64,000 bases of DNA from Eledone cirrhosa (GCA_964016885.1 OZ024750.1:19840001-19904000); one strand, 5' to 3'. Counted from the first letter of the stretch, positions 13,613 through 26,945 are shown. The notes: generated by a model from the sequence alone, not told the origin. A program made the numbers and translations.

Positions 13613-13950
13613 CGTAAAATAAGAAAATTATAAAAATTAACTTACTTACTAAAATGTCACTCCAACTAATTAGTTTCTGAAAAGGAATAAACATAGTTTC
13701 CGAAGAAACGTAAAGAGAAGCCTTTCGTCATCAGGGAAGTCTATTCTCAGCTAAGTTTCCAGGCAATACGTGGACACAGGGAACTTATACAAAAATAATT
13801 CAGTGGACGGAAAAAAGCAAAGCGTGGACTAAGTTCCAAGCCATTGAAAAAATCCTCATGCATTGAACCACAAAGTTACTAAGACAAAACCAATATATTT
13901 GCTAGCATAGGTATGCATCTGTATATATATGTTAGTAGATATACTAATTC
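13607..13950. mobile_element. Family I (TA)n-flanked element with a hammerhead candidate
   Basis: Shares GACGTAAAATAAGAAAA and TGCATTGAACCAC...GCATCTG...GTTAG with 54923-55107. Minus strand 13659-13740: ACTTCC-CTGATGA-long stem II region-GAAAC-TAATTA-GTT-GGAGT. Confidence 0.6.
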
Positions 13951-13952
13951 TT

Positions 13953-14001
<49 letters not shown>

Positions 14002-14059
14002 ACCCTTGTAAGCAGGGAAAAGCCGACGTAAAATGCTGCTGCTGATGATGATGATGATG

Positions 14060-14138
14060 ATATGTTATGCATCTAAAATTCGAACCGACATTTGTGTGAA
14101 TAAACACAAAAGGAGTTTTATTGCACGTGTAAAGGGAA

Positions 14139-14235
<97 letters not shown>

Positions 14236-14630
14236 ACCAAGATTCAAAAAATAGAGAGAAGCTTCTAAAATAAATTTTAAAATGTTTACTGTACTTGATA
14301 TATTTGCCCTTTCCGCGCAGTTTGAAGTCTCAAAATAAATGGATAATCCATGCGGAACACCATTCATAAGGAGACTTTCGTAGAGGGTTCTTCTCACTCG
14401 GAGAATATAAAATTCCCGAGTTCAAATCACGAACTGGCGCCATACAGAATGTTCCCGATTTAGAGTGTATGATAAGAACATTGTTGTCTAGTGCGGTGTG
14501 TAAAGATAGAAGGCAAGGGCGGAAAAGTCAATGTCCTATATATATATATAATTCCATTTACACGTGCAATTAAAATCCTTTTGTTTTTATTCACACAACA
14601 CGTCGGTTCGAATTTTAGATGCATAACATA
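14060..14630. repeat. Inverted repeat pair of about 80 bp (14060-14138 / 14551-14630), each next to (TA)n
   Basis: TATGTTATGCATCTAAAATTCGAACCGAC... vs ...GTCGGTTCGAATTTTAGATGCATAACATA. Confidence 0.8.
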
Positions 14631-14761
14631 TATATATATTTAATATCATTGAGTATTATACTCCAGAAAACTTGTCGAGTGCTTTGAATCAGTTATAAAC
14701 ATTTATATTTGTTGAATTACCAACAAATTGAATATCCCTTTTGCTTATATGTATATATATA

Positions 14762-14862
14762 TCTGGGAGACGCATGACATGGCAACGGTGATGAGGTAGA
14801 GAGACCGATGGAGAGAACTCGTCCATGGATCTCGGGAATTTTACCCCCGCCCTAGATGTATA
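14762..14862 (+). mobile_element. Family H short element; direct repeat with 15586-15686
   Basis: About 100 bp, close match to 15586-15686, both ending in (TA)n. Degenerate hammerhead layout GTGATGA-GGT..ACC-GATG-GAG agaa CTC-GTC. Confidence 0.6.
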
Positions 14863-14926
<64 letters not shown>

Positions 14927-14934
14927 TGATAATA

Positions 14935-15280
14935 ATGGAACTGCGGCGCTGCAAATGGGTTACATATGAAAAGGTTTGTCCTCATCAGTGGCCTTCCAAC
15001 CGTCGTAGGCATTTCGTCGCATTAAAGGCCATATACCTCAGCTTGGTGCGAGCAACGGCTAAAAAAGTCGTTGGGACACGTAAATAAGGGAGACGCTAGG
15101 GTAAACAAACAAAATGGTTTAAGTAACAGAAAGTGATGAGTAGAAAGAAACAAGTCCCGGATTTCTATGAATAAAAGTTCGGTGGAATCGTGAACAAGAG
15201 AATAAAGACCATCAAACCTGGTTGAAATGTGAGCAAGGAAGGAATTTCGCACAGGTCTAACGGGAGGAAGAAGGGGTCTG
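14935..15280 (-). mobile_element. Family G Penelope-like fragment
   Basis: Homologous to 35298-35970 at the ribozyme-like block and at AATGTGAGC.AGGAA.GAATTTCG. Confidence 0.6.
14976..15038 (-). ncRNA. Candidate non-circularly permuted hammerhead (copy 1)
   Basis: Minus strand: AGGTAT-A-TGGCCT-ttaatgcgac-GAA-ATGCCT-12 nt-AGGCCA-CTGATGA-GGAC. Confidence 0.55.
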
Positions 15281-15585
15281 GTCTGCGAATTCGGTAAACA
15301 TAAGTTCTGTGAAGTCGCAGACGAGAGAGAGAGAAAACAAATTCATACCGGCTTGGCCAAGTGCCCGCGAGAAAAGGATTATGGACAGATATATATATAT
15401 ATATACACTGAGAATGAAGAACTTAGAGCTGTATGGGAGCCTCCCAAACGTCAGCTTGAAAGTAACTCAGAGGAAACTGAGTTTCGCCTTGCACTCAGTG
15501 CTCCTGTGGGAGCCCCTGCTCGGACACACAAGAAGAGCGTGACCGAGGTTGTCATATAGTCATGCCCTAAGGACAGACACCGGTG

Positions 15586-15683
15586 TCTGGGATACGCATG
15601 ACATGGCAACGATGATGAGGTGGAGAGACCGCTGGAGAGAACTCGTCCATAGATCTCGGGAATTTTACCCCCGCCCTAGATGT

Positions 15684-15686
<3 letters not shown>
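15586..15686 (+). mobile_element. Family H short element, copy 2
   Basis: Direct repeat of 14762-14862. Confidence 0.6.
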
Positions 15687-15740
<54 letters not shown>

Positions 15741-18253
15741 AGGTTGTGCGCGCGCGGGTGTACGGGAACAGGCCCCATGTTCGATGATAATACGCAATTT
15801 GTACTTGTATTTCAGGATACAATAGCAATTGTGATGTACATAAGCCATTCAATTATATATTACGTTGTCATTGTTTATCACATTCCGTTGTTTCCTCTTA
15901 AATGACACTCATCTGTCGCTTGCTTTACATTCCTTGCAGCTGTAATATGTTGCATATGTTCACTCGAAAGGGTAGAGACGGTATTACATGAAGCGTGAAA
16001 ATCCTTTTGAGACCTGTAAATGGAGCCCTGGCAGACATAGCCCTGGCAAAGAAGACACACCATAACAGGGCTTGCGTACGAATTCTTCGTAGGGAGGAAA
16101 ACGAACTGAAAAAACTAATTTGATTTCGTAAATACTTCAATTTCGTGTTGCCTTTAATGTTACTTTATTTATTACTCTAACATATATAAGCCGTCAAAAT
16201 CATTTCCTTACATTAAGAACATTTTTGGTAGTTTAAAAATAATTTATTTTGGATGAATAGTATATTCTTGAACCATTCGCGAAGAATAACTTCCATAAGT
16301 ATTTTAGTTATTTAGTTATCTGCAATATAGAATTACGTGCCTCTTATTGAAATAAAATACAATGGATAGTTAACACCACCGGAAAAGATGTTTTGTACAT
16401 CATTATCTAGAATTATGATTCTTTGCCAATGTATGTCATAGTGAGTTAAATTGAAAAATCATTATTGCATGTGACAGGTGCTGAAATTATGAAGCCATGA
16501 TCGAAATATTTAAGTGCGTCTACTTTCATGATTTTCTAGTTTTCTATGTGAATTATTTCAGGAAGTACGATATTTTGCTTAAAATTATTTTAGGTCTGAT
16601 AAATATCTTCTAAAATTATTTACCAAATTGAAGTACACTCTTCACCGTCACCACATGTCAGTTGTATTTATACTATCCAAATTAATTCATGCGATGTTAC
16701 AATTAATATTTTGTAGCTACTTGCGTAGTTCAGGTATTATTATTGAGACCAGATTTCACACATTATACATTAATTTAGGAAGCATACATTTTCGTTAGAT
16801 CAATAAAGTAACGACCTTCTACACAGGTGTCCGACCTGATAAAAGAAAAACATACACATATCCATAAAATCTCATGCTCCGCAGCTTCCTAGAAGATACA
16901 TGGGCATTATATAATACTGCCCTGAGTGTAGTGTATCAAAGAATAATAGTACAGTTAATTTAATTGATAGTAACTCGTTTCATCATAACTGATCTGGGTC
17001 AAGATGAGGGCAATCACATTTAGCAATTTGAAATTCGAGAGGAATAATTATGGAGGAAGTACATCAAAAATTAGTTTGTGTGAATTCATATATACACACG
17101 TCTATATTGAAGCGTTTGAAAATCCGAAAGTGTCCATGGGACGTATAATGTATACGGGTTACAATTCGGAAGTTTGCGAACAACTTTCATAATGTACAGA
17201 CCAGGGTGATATGCTGGGGATTATAGCATGTGTGCGATTAATATTCTGTCATTTGCTGGTCACCTGGAAGGTGTATGTATCGCAACATGTCCGATGCTAC
17301 CGAAACTCATGGCTACAATGTATATGATGTTAGAAACACTTTACTTCATGTATATGATGTTAGAAAAGTAAGTCTATTGGCGTTATAAGCTGTTATATTT
17401 TCATGCCGATACGAATTTGTGTTTAAAGAAATGATATGTGTTGTAACTAGAATAGGAAAGAAAATCGTCTTAAATTCGAATCAGCTTCTTAAAATTCAAC
17501 CATATTATCGACAACAATAACAGAGCTAGTATCGGCATAAAATAGACAAATGATATCTCAGTTAATATAATCCACGGTGTAATGTGTCTAGAAATAAGAG
17601 TGACCCTTCAGGGAGCGAAACGTATATCACACTAGACCTGCTACTAAGAAGGACAATAATACCTTTTCTAGCATCCATATACTACTTCTTAAACGTTTAG
17701 AGAACTCTACATCGTACAACGTTAACGTATCTTGGTGAAATCTTAGCTAGTAATAAGTAATTTACGGCTTTAAATATGCATAACACATTCATTCCAAAAT
17801 ATATACAGATCTATTAACAAAGTAGATGTGTTGGTGGGCAGGCTATTGATACGAGATATCATATATTATCTCATGCTTAACTAAAACGCAATATTGCATT
17901 TGAAACTAAAAGAGAACAATGAAACCAACATAAACGTGTCCTAGTCGTATCTCACACATTCGCACGTGACAGCTGGCTATTTGAAAAACAACTTAATGAT
18001 AAAACTATTGCTGAAAGTAATTTCCTCTTTCCAGAGCAGAATCTTTGAAGAATATGATGTAAGATATATCATTTCATAGAACATGATTTCTTGTCAAATA
18101 TTCTTCATTACACGAAGCGTACATGTGTGAAATTGCAGAGAAATGTTTACACATATATTGTAAAGAAAATTTATTGAACACGTTGCAAAAAAAAAAAAAG
18201 TCTATATGTACATAATCTATTCCATATACATACGTACACACACACACACACTG

Positions 18254-18332
<79 letters not shown>

Positions 18333-18370
18333 TATATATGTATATATATATATGCATGTGTATATATATA

Positions 18371-18406
<36 letters not shown>

Positions 18407-18410
<4 letters not shown>

Positions 18411-18478
18411 CGAAGGAAATGTGGTAAGGAACCAGGTGGACCATAACGCACCAAGTACTCAATACTTAGGGTAGTACA
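18407..18478 (-). mobile_element. Family A 3' fragment
   Basis: Reverse complement of about 580-650, in (TA)n. Confidence 0.75.
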
Positions 18479-18519
18479 ATTCTTATATATATATATATAT
18501 ATATACATATATATATAAA

Positions 18520-19456
18520 TTTGGAGGAGGTTATAGTTCACTTGAAGCATTGTGTAATGAGGTATAAACGTTTGAATATGTGTAATAAAGCCAAAACAAT
18601 GCAGGTATGGACATAGAAAAAAGAATGCAATTGTAAAAGATATTGTTGACAATTCGTCCTTTACCTTAAATTTATTTAAATGTCCTTAATTTTCGAGATC
18701 ATATCTCTTCTTCAGAGGGAAATAAAGGTCTCAAACCAGCGTTCTAAATATCTAGCCAAGCCATGCTGACAGGAAATAGTATAGAGTATCTGTTCTATCT
18801 CTAATATCAAAGAATTAAAATTAGGTAGATAAAGAGTAGTCTCCCTTTAAAAGGGGTTTGTTTAGGTTTTTTTTAAATTTTTATTTTATATACATGCCTG
18901 TATAAGTGTGTGGGAGAATGCATGAAGGTGTAAGTATGTGAGTGTGTGTGTGTGAGTGTGAGAAGATAAGTCTATTCGTAAATGTGGGGGGTAGGTGTTA
19001 TCTGGTGTTAGAACTGGTTTAGTGTGTGTATGTGTGAGAGAGAATAAGTGGAGGTGTAAGCGTGAGTGTGTGCGCGTGCGTGTGTGTGTGTGGTGTGTGT
19101 AAATATGGGGCTAGAGGCCCTATCAGGTTATAAATTGGGTGTTGAGTTCTAGTCTATTATTGATTGGTGGTGTGTTTTATCTATAATTGGTGCTTCCTTA
19201 ATTCTTAGATTGCCGAGGTTTCTTTCCTTAGTTTCTATCCTAACTTTTATGGTCTTGTCGGTGTTTTTGCATTTAACTAGGTGTTTGAGACCTTTATTTC
19301 CCTCTGAAGAAGAGATATTATCTCGAAAATTAAGGACATTTAAATAAATTTAAGGGAAAGGACAAATTTTCAACAATATCTTTTACAATTGCATTCTTTT
19401 TTCTATGTCCATACCTGCATTGTTTTGGCTTTATTACACATATTCAAACGTTTATA
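18520..19456 (-). mobile_element. 5'-truncated Penelope-like element with an inverted pLTR
   Basis: Inverted repeats 18563-18736 / 19283-19456, each with CCT-CTGAAGA-a-GAGAT..TCTC-GAAAATTA-AGG (18684-18718 minus, 19301-19335 plus). Extra 3' tail 18520-18562. GIY-YIG tail inside. Confidence 0.8.
19141..19289 (-). pseudogene. GIY-YIG endonuclease C-terminal remnant (Penelope-like)
   Basis: Hand translation LKHLVKCKNTDKTIKVRIETKERNLGNLRIKEAPIIDK, frameshift, PPINNRLELN. Fits the PLE GIY-YIG ending IKEA..I....P.IN...E. Confidence 0.65.
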
Positions 19457-19531
19457 TATATATTTATATATATGTTTATATATATATATTTCGTTTCAGA
19501 ATTTGTTGGCAACATGACCCTCCCAAAGCAG

Positions 19532-19562
<31 letters not shown>

Positions 19563-19573
19563 CGTGTATGTGC

Positions 19574-19693
<120 letters not shown>

Positions 19694-19981
19694 ATATATA
19701 TGTGTGTATTTATATATACATATGTATATATAAATATATGTGTGTGTAACGGGTATGCGTGGGTGATTGATGTATATCCATACAGACCATACATATTTAC
19801 ATATGTACCCATATATGCAAAGCAGACATGGCGTGTATATGCGTCTAGATGATAACTGGTTCTGCTTCAGATGTATACGTGACAGAAGATATATTTATAC
19901 ATAAATAAAATATTATATCTACCACAGAATCTATTTAAATATATTTGTATCGCGTTATAGCGTTATAAACAAAATTGTGTG

Positions 19982-20044
<63 letters not shown>

Positions 20045-20113
20045 GTATGTATATATATATACATACATACACACGTATGTATATATATATATATATATAC
20101 ATACACCACGTAC

Positions 20114-20144
<31 letters not shown>

Positions 20145-20145
20145 A

Positions 20146-20240
20146 ATTCGTACGTGGTGGACGGCTGAGACAAAAGAGTACTCAATACCGAAATAAAGTT
20201 TTAGTATTCCCTGTCGCGGACGTAAAAGCGACGACGGCGA
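20146..20240 (-). mobile_element. Short (TA)n-flanked element carrying the shared GTATTGAGTAC motif
   Basis: Minus strand GGTATTGAGTACTCTTTTGTCTCAGCCGTCCACCACGTACGAA. Inverted copy of its end (CACCACGTACGA) at about 20105-20116. Confidence 0.5.
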
Positions 20241-20321
20241 CAACGTTGATGGTGGTGATGATGATGAAGATGATAGATATATAATACATAACATATAACA
20301 CATAGATATACATAGACACAG

Positions 20322-20446
<125 letters not shown>

Positions 20447-21259
20447 AATATAGATATATATTTGTTTGTTTGAATAAGCATATATTAACTTGTATATATT
20501 CATATCCATATGTTTATGATTTTGCATTTGTAAGTGAATGTGAGTATACACTTGTATTTCATTAAATTTCATTGTGCGTACATATATGGGAATATGTGAA
20601 ATTTTCTACATTTGAAATCAGTAGTACACATCTGAAAAGAATATATGTGTATGAATGATTTCAAAGATAGAGATAGAGAAATATATTTAAATATATAATG
20701 GTGGCAAGTCGGAAGGATGTCAAAGAAAAACATCATGATAACGTATAAATGGAAGACTGCTAGTGAAACCCATGCAGATTATGAGGAAATTAACTGAAAC
20801 ATTTTACATAAAAAAATATTTGGTTTATTCGAACAAAGCTTCCTGAACAAATGAAATTTGTGTAATTTTAACAAAAACACTCGCAAATATACCAAGATAC
20901 GTAGACATACAAATATATATACGTATATTGGTGTGTGTATATATATATACATATATATATGTGTGTGTGTGTGTATACATATATGAAGCTGAATATCTAG
21001 TTGCCTTCACGTGTCTCTCGAATCCGATTTTCAGAGGATTTGTAAGAAGTATACCATACAATTTGTCAGAAAGCAAACGTTGAATGGAACATGTCTGCAT
21101 TTCATGACGAGTAGTAATTGTATGAGTTAGAAAAAACTTATCGTTCATAGTATAGTTTTTATTTGTTTGTTCAATATTAGCGATTACTTTACAGTCAAGC
21201 GAATAATATTTTTGAAAACAATATGAACATTGCTTTAGTATATATGTATATATATATAT

Positions 21260-21293
<34 letters not shown>

Positions 21294-21610
21294 CAGTACT
21301 GAGAGAAGAAAACACAATAGGGAATGTTTTCAATTATGAGGAGTAGAGACCCGCTAGAGGGAAAATCACAGTCTAATCAAGACTACGAAAGGTGTGGAAA
21401 ATACATATTAATTAAAAGGGTATATCAAAATGTTCAGACCAACATTTATAAGTATAAAACATATAGACAAACTCTAAGAAGGGAATGTTACGTTATAAAA
21501 AGTGTCGATCCCATACTTTCTCAGGACTTCTGTATTATGAAGAGCGCAAAACATAATCATTGAGCTCATTAAATTACAGAGGATTAACGTGAGTATTATA
21601 TATATATATA

Positions 21611-21766
21611 TAGATGAGATTCTACAGGACTAGAACTATTTCATTCTTGAGAAATCATCAGGATTCCTGATGAGTGCTCAAGAATGAAACAGTTCTAGTC
21701 CTGTAGAATTTCATCTATATGAACACTTTTATACTCTACTATGTATTGAGTACCTCACTTACCTAT
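21611..21766. mobile_element. Family B fold-back with back-to-back hammerheads
   Basis: Palindrome centred on TCAGGA-T-TCCTGA. Plus strand: ATTC-CTGATGA(21667)-..-GAAACAG..CTGTA-GAAT. GTATTGAGTAC at 21743-21753. Confidence 0.8.
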
Positions 21767-22244
21767 TTATATATATAAATACGAGAATTTCTACTTGGAT
21801 TTCTTCTCAGATTAAACCAAAATCATAACGGGCACCATTAACCTGCTTCTAATTTCATATCATCCTCCTTCTTTTCCATCTGTACTCTCGTCTATCTTCC
21901 TTTTCCTTTTCCCCTCTCTCAAAATCCCTCTAGTCTCTCTCCGATTCCATCCTATGGTAACTGACTAGTGTCGGAAAGTTTGAGGTTCTTTTCTGATCTT
22001 AAGCGTTAAACTAATAAACAACCATTGCATTGTATTTTTCTGTCAATTATCTTTAAATTCGCTCACTATCTGTATACATCAATCCACATATGCACATATA
22101 CACACACGCACATACATACTTACATACATTCATACACAAACAGGTACATATAAAAATATATATACACATACACACACACTCACACACACACACACGCACA
22201 CACACAAACGCACACATACACCCCCACCCCCACCCCCACACACG

Positions 22245-22303
<59 letters not shown>

Positions 22304-22558
22304 TTTTATTTCTGATGCTGTTTATATTTACTGTATATAGCTATGTGTCATAATTTCAAAGAATATATAGAGTTAAAAAATAATAGGAATGCCATTAGGC
22401 TAGGAAATTCTAAAAGCTCTCTGACGCTTAATTCCATATATTTGATTTTGATTTTGTTTTGTTTTTTTGTATCATTGATTTTGTTTTTAAATTCTTCTTT
22501 CATATTCGCTAATACGTCGAATACACTATTTATACAGAGTGATATTTATGTATGTATG

Positions 22559-22625
<67 letters not shown>

Positions 22626-22830
22626 TCATGCAAACATATATATGTGTATTTAGAGAGAGCGGGAGATGCATAAATAGAGAGAGAGTGAGTGAGTGAGTGT
22701 GAGAGACAGAGAGACAAGGTGGGAGATCGCCTGTGGCACAAAGTTATGAAAACACAGAAAGAGATAGGTAAGTGATGCGAATAACTCAAAGTTGTATATA
22801 CATACTCACTCACACACACACACATACACA

Positions 22831-22905
<75 letters not shown>

Positions 22906-23190
22906 CATAGGATGTGTTTGCGTATGTTCTATCTTTAAAATCAATACTTGAATTAACATTCCTATGGGGAAATTTGAAGTTATATTTCTAGAATTGTTTT
23001 TCTGTATTTATCAACTTCTACCTTATTTATTTCATCTGTTTCTTCTAATTCCACTTGTTTACCTCAATATATAATTACATTTATTTAAAGCTACGCTCGT
23101 ATGTATCGCGATGTCTAAAAATCAAACTATTCTTTCATGAGAAATTATCATTCAGAATTGAATATCTTTTATTTTTAAGTGATTTTAGAA

Positions 23191-23290
23191 ATAATTGTTT
23201 CTATGTTAGGCACTAGGCCAGCAATTCACCAGTGTATTACTGGTACTTTATTTTATCGACCCGGTAAGGATGAAAGGCAAAGCTAACCTC
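23191..23290 (-). mobile_element. tRNA-derived SINE, 3' part
   Basis: Matches the reverse complement of the SINE consensus. Confidence 0.8.
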
Positions 23291-24084
23291 ACAATACCTC
23301 CTTTAATCCAAAGAAATCAGTATAACCATATACGGTTACATAGAGGGAAAGTCACATATTTATATTTTACCCAGTATCATTGTTGTTTCGTTTTTCGCAC
23401 ACACACTTGCGTATATTTATTCGGTATTCTACGAGATTAATTCACTTGGGTGTTTTAATTATAGGCCCTCCAATACTAGGAAACCCTTTCTTTTTCCGCT
23501 GATACGTCGCGGCATTTGCTTCTGCCCGATACCCAACCCTTTTTACTCGTTAACAGACGTACTGCTAGCATGAATAACAAAGTTGACCTTTGTAAAAGTA
23601 GAACTCAAATCGCAGATAAGCAAATATACATTTTTTTTTTTATCCTACGCTATAAAGTCTCAGACCATTCACTGCAAGATATATTTAAACTTGATCTAGA
23701 TGTTTACACATTTAAACCTTACAACAGTATACCAGGGAATTGAAATAAATATATTCCATCATTCTTTTGTTTAAAATGTTTGACATACAAACATCTATGA
23801 TCCAAAGTGTCTTACTACGTTCTTTATAGTATTAAGGATAATATTTGAAGACTGCATAACAATAAACCATACATTCCTTTGATTTCTTTTAAGAAGACAT
23901 AGTAGTCTAGAATAAACAATAACATATGCCAGTATGTGCCTATCAATAGAATATCTCTTTCTAAATATAAATGAAAGAAACCTCAAATATAAAAGATTGA
24001 ATGAAATATATGTTTACCAATCAACATATAGATGTAACTACGAAAGTCACTCCCAACTGAGTATGATTTGGTAGAATGAACCCT

Positions 24085-25654
24085 AATGTTGAAAAGGGCT
24101 TGTTTGGGTACATGATATTGCAAGACGACTAAAGATATGAATATATATATATATAATGAAAAATTGAACAGGGACAGAACAGAGAGGCAGTACGAGAAAT
24201 GTTTATTAAATTCACGCTCAGGAGAGTGTGGGGGGGGGGGCGACGTTTCGGGCATAAGCCCTTCTTCAGGTGAGAGTTCAAAAGGTGTGTAGGGGAGTGG
24301 TGGAGAGACATATAGCGAAAGGAAACGGTGCGAATGAAAAATTAACAAATAAAGACAAAAATATAATAAATAATAAATAAAAATAAAGCATGATCAAAAT
24401 ACAAGGAATGAGAAAATTTAAAAATAAAGGCATGATCAAAATAAACTGAAATTAAAAGGGGGGTAAACCGGTGGTGGAATGGTGTGGGGTGAGTAGAGGT
24501 GGTGGCGGGTGGAGTGGGGAGAGGGAGACGGGTTGTCCGAGCGGGGAGGGCTGAAGGTGGTGTGTGTGGTTAGGTGTGCGTGTGTGTGTGTGTATGTGAA
24601 AGTGAGGGTTGGGGGAAGAACGGGGTTGCATGTTCAGGAAGGTGTGTGTGGGGGTGTTTTTGTGGGTCGGAGGGTCTGTGCGTGTGTGGATAGGGGGGTG
24701 GGGGGAGAGGAATCAGGGGGCTGAGGGTGTAAATATGTGGTGGGAAGCACGTGTGTGTGGTTTAAGCGTGTTGTGGGTGGCGTGTGGATTAAAAAAATGT
24801 TTGGGGGTGTGTGTGTGGGTGAGTTATATAGGTGATGGTGTAAGAGGATGGTTGACAAGTGGTAAGTTACACGGATGTATGGAGATTTGGGTTGGAAGTC
24901 AATAATGCGTGTGGGTAATCCAAGAAGCGGTGGTCGGAAGAGGAGAGATGTGGGGTGCGCGCGCAACAGGAAGTGGTCAGCAGTGGAAGTGCTGTGGTCA
25001 GTTGGTGCTGAGACAGTGGTCGGAAGGGCATAGCAGCAGTCGGCGGAATGGTAGGGAGGCGAGGATGGGTAGGTGTGAGAGTTGGAGTGAGGAGGGTGTG
25101 TGTGTGTGTGTGTGTGTGTATTAGTAGGGGTGTTAGTGGGATGAGTGAGTGTGGAGCGGGGAGAGAAGGGTGTGTGTGGTTCTATGGAGGGAGTGTGGTG
25201 TACTGGTGTGTGTGTAGTTTGGTGAAGAGGTGTTAGTGGGTGTTAGTATACGGGAGGTGGGGATGGGGTGGAATGCAGGTGTGAGTGGGGGTTAGTGGGG
25301 GTAGGGTGTGTAGAGTTGGTGGTGTACGAGGGTGTGTGGGTACGTGTGCGTGGGGTTGGAGGGTGTTAGTGATGTTAGTTGCGTGTGGGGTGGGTGGTGT
25401 AAGTGTGTGCGTGTGATAAGGAGGGGGAGGAGGAGAAGAGGGGAGGGAAGGGATGTTAGTATGTTAGTTGGGGAAGGGTGGTTAGATGAGGGGTGGAGTG
25501 GAGGTGTTAGTATTGTTAGTGTGGGGTGGGCGGTGAAAAGGAGGGGTGTGTTAGTGGTGTTAGTGGGGGATAAGTGTGGGGGGAGGGGGGCGGTAGAACG
25601 CTAAAGGAATAAGGGTGGGGAGTTCAGGCCGGGGGGAGTGTGGGTCTGTAAGAT
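24085..25654 (-). mobile_element. Penelope-like 3' fragment with a long CA-rich 3' UTR and pLTR hammerhead
   Basis: Begins with the coding tail ILQTHTPPGLNSPPLFL*, then about 1.1 kb of C/A-rich low-complexity UTR. Hammerhead core at 24242-24269: CTGAAGA-a-GGGC ttat GCCC-GAAAC-GTC, with palindromic ACGT stem III and a degenerate stem I. Confidence 0.7.
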
Positions 25655-25689
25655 ATATAATAGTACCACTGTAAGATATATAATAGTAC

Positions 25690-25887
25690 CACTGATGATG
25701 ACACAGATGTGTGACGAAAGAACTGTGATAGACTATATATATATAGTTATAACTGTATTTTAAAACATTTGTCAATCAATGATAAACATTGGTTGCCAGA
25801 TAAATTACCTATGGAGTTGTAACAGATACAGAAGCGAAAACCAACCAAAACAAGACAGTGAGTGTTTCATTATTATTTCTGGCAATG
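25690..25887 (+). mobile_element. Family F-related element with a degenerate hammerhead
   Basis: CTGATGA(25692)-tgacacagatgtgtgac-GAAAG. Shares AGAAGCGAAAACCAACCAAA with the 54527 element. 23-bp tandem duplication at 25646-25691. Confidence 0.6.
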
Positions 25888-25894
25888 AAGGGCG

Positions 25895-26935
25895 GTGTGT
25901 GTGGGGGGTGTTTTTGTGGGTCGGAGTGTCTGTGCGTGTGTGGATAGGAGGGTGGGGGAGAGGAATCAGGAGGCTGAGGGCGGAAATATGATGTGGGGTG
26001 CGCGCGCAACAGGAAGTGGTCAGCAGTGGGAGTGCTGTGGTCTGTAGTGTTGGGAGGTGGTCAGAGGGCATTGCAGCAGTCGGTGGAATGGTAAGGGGTC
26101 GAGGATGGGTAGGTGTGAAAGTTGGAGTGAGGAGGGTGTGAGTGTGTATTAGTAGGGGTGTTAGTGGGATGAGTGAGTGTGGAGCGAGGGTGTGGGTGGA
26201 GCGGGGAGAGAAGGGTGTGTGTGGTTCTATGGAGGGAGTGTGGTGTACTGGTGTGTGTGTAGTTTGATGAAGAGGTGTTAGTGGGTGTTAGTATACGCGA
26301 AGTGGGGAGGGGTTGAATGCAGATGTGAGTGGGGGTTAGTGGTGGTAGGGTGTGTAGAGTTGGTGGTGTACGAGGGTGTGTGGGTACGTGTGCATGGGGT
26401 TGGGGGGTGTTAGTGATGTTAGTTGCGTGTGGGGTGGGTGGTGTAAGTGGGTGCGTGTGTTTGTGTGCTTGGGGTTAGCGGGTGTTAGTGAGGTTAGTTG
26501 CGGGGTGGTGGGAAGGAGGTGTGGGGTGAGAGGTGTGGGGGTGAGGGTTAGTGGTGGTAGTAGGGTGTGTGTTTAGTGTGAGCGCGTGTATATATGTGCC
26601 GGTGGGTGTGTGCGTGTGATAAGGAGGAGGAGAAGAGGGGAGGGAAGGGATGTTAGTATGTTAGTTGGGGAAGGGTGGTCAGATGAGGGGTGGAGTGGAG
26701 GTGTTAGTATTGTTAGTGTGGGGTGGGCGATGAAAAGGAGGGGTGTGTTAGTGGTGTTAGTGGGGGATAAGTGTGGGGGGAGGGGGGCGGTCGAACGCTA
26801 AAGGAATAAGGGTGGGGAGTTCAGGCCGCGGGGAGTGTGGGTCTGTAAGATGAAGATAGTTCGTTGTTCGACCGTAAGGCGATGGGCGGGTGTTCTGTGG
26901 CACTGGAGTAGGCCACAGACTGTGAGATGGCGTGC
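25895..26935 (-). mobile_element. Second copy of the same Penelope-like 3' region
   Basis: Aligns by eye to about 24643-25654, with indels. Confidence 0.75.
26798..26935 (-). pseudogene. GIY-YIG C-terminal remnant (Penelope-like)
   Basis: ARHLTVCGLLQCHRTPAHRLTVEQRTIFILQTHTPRGLNSPPLFL*. The R...EQ..IF.L.T..P.GLN pattern is typical of PLE ORF ends. Confidence 0.75.
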
Positions 26936-26945
26936 ATATATATAG

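Noticed and set aside
14237-14535. Possible LINE ORF2 C-terminal remnant on the minus strand (..NILKFILEA..)
   Set aside because: Only a vague resemblance, with no diagnostic motif intact.
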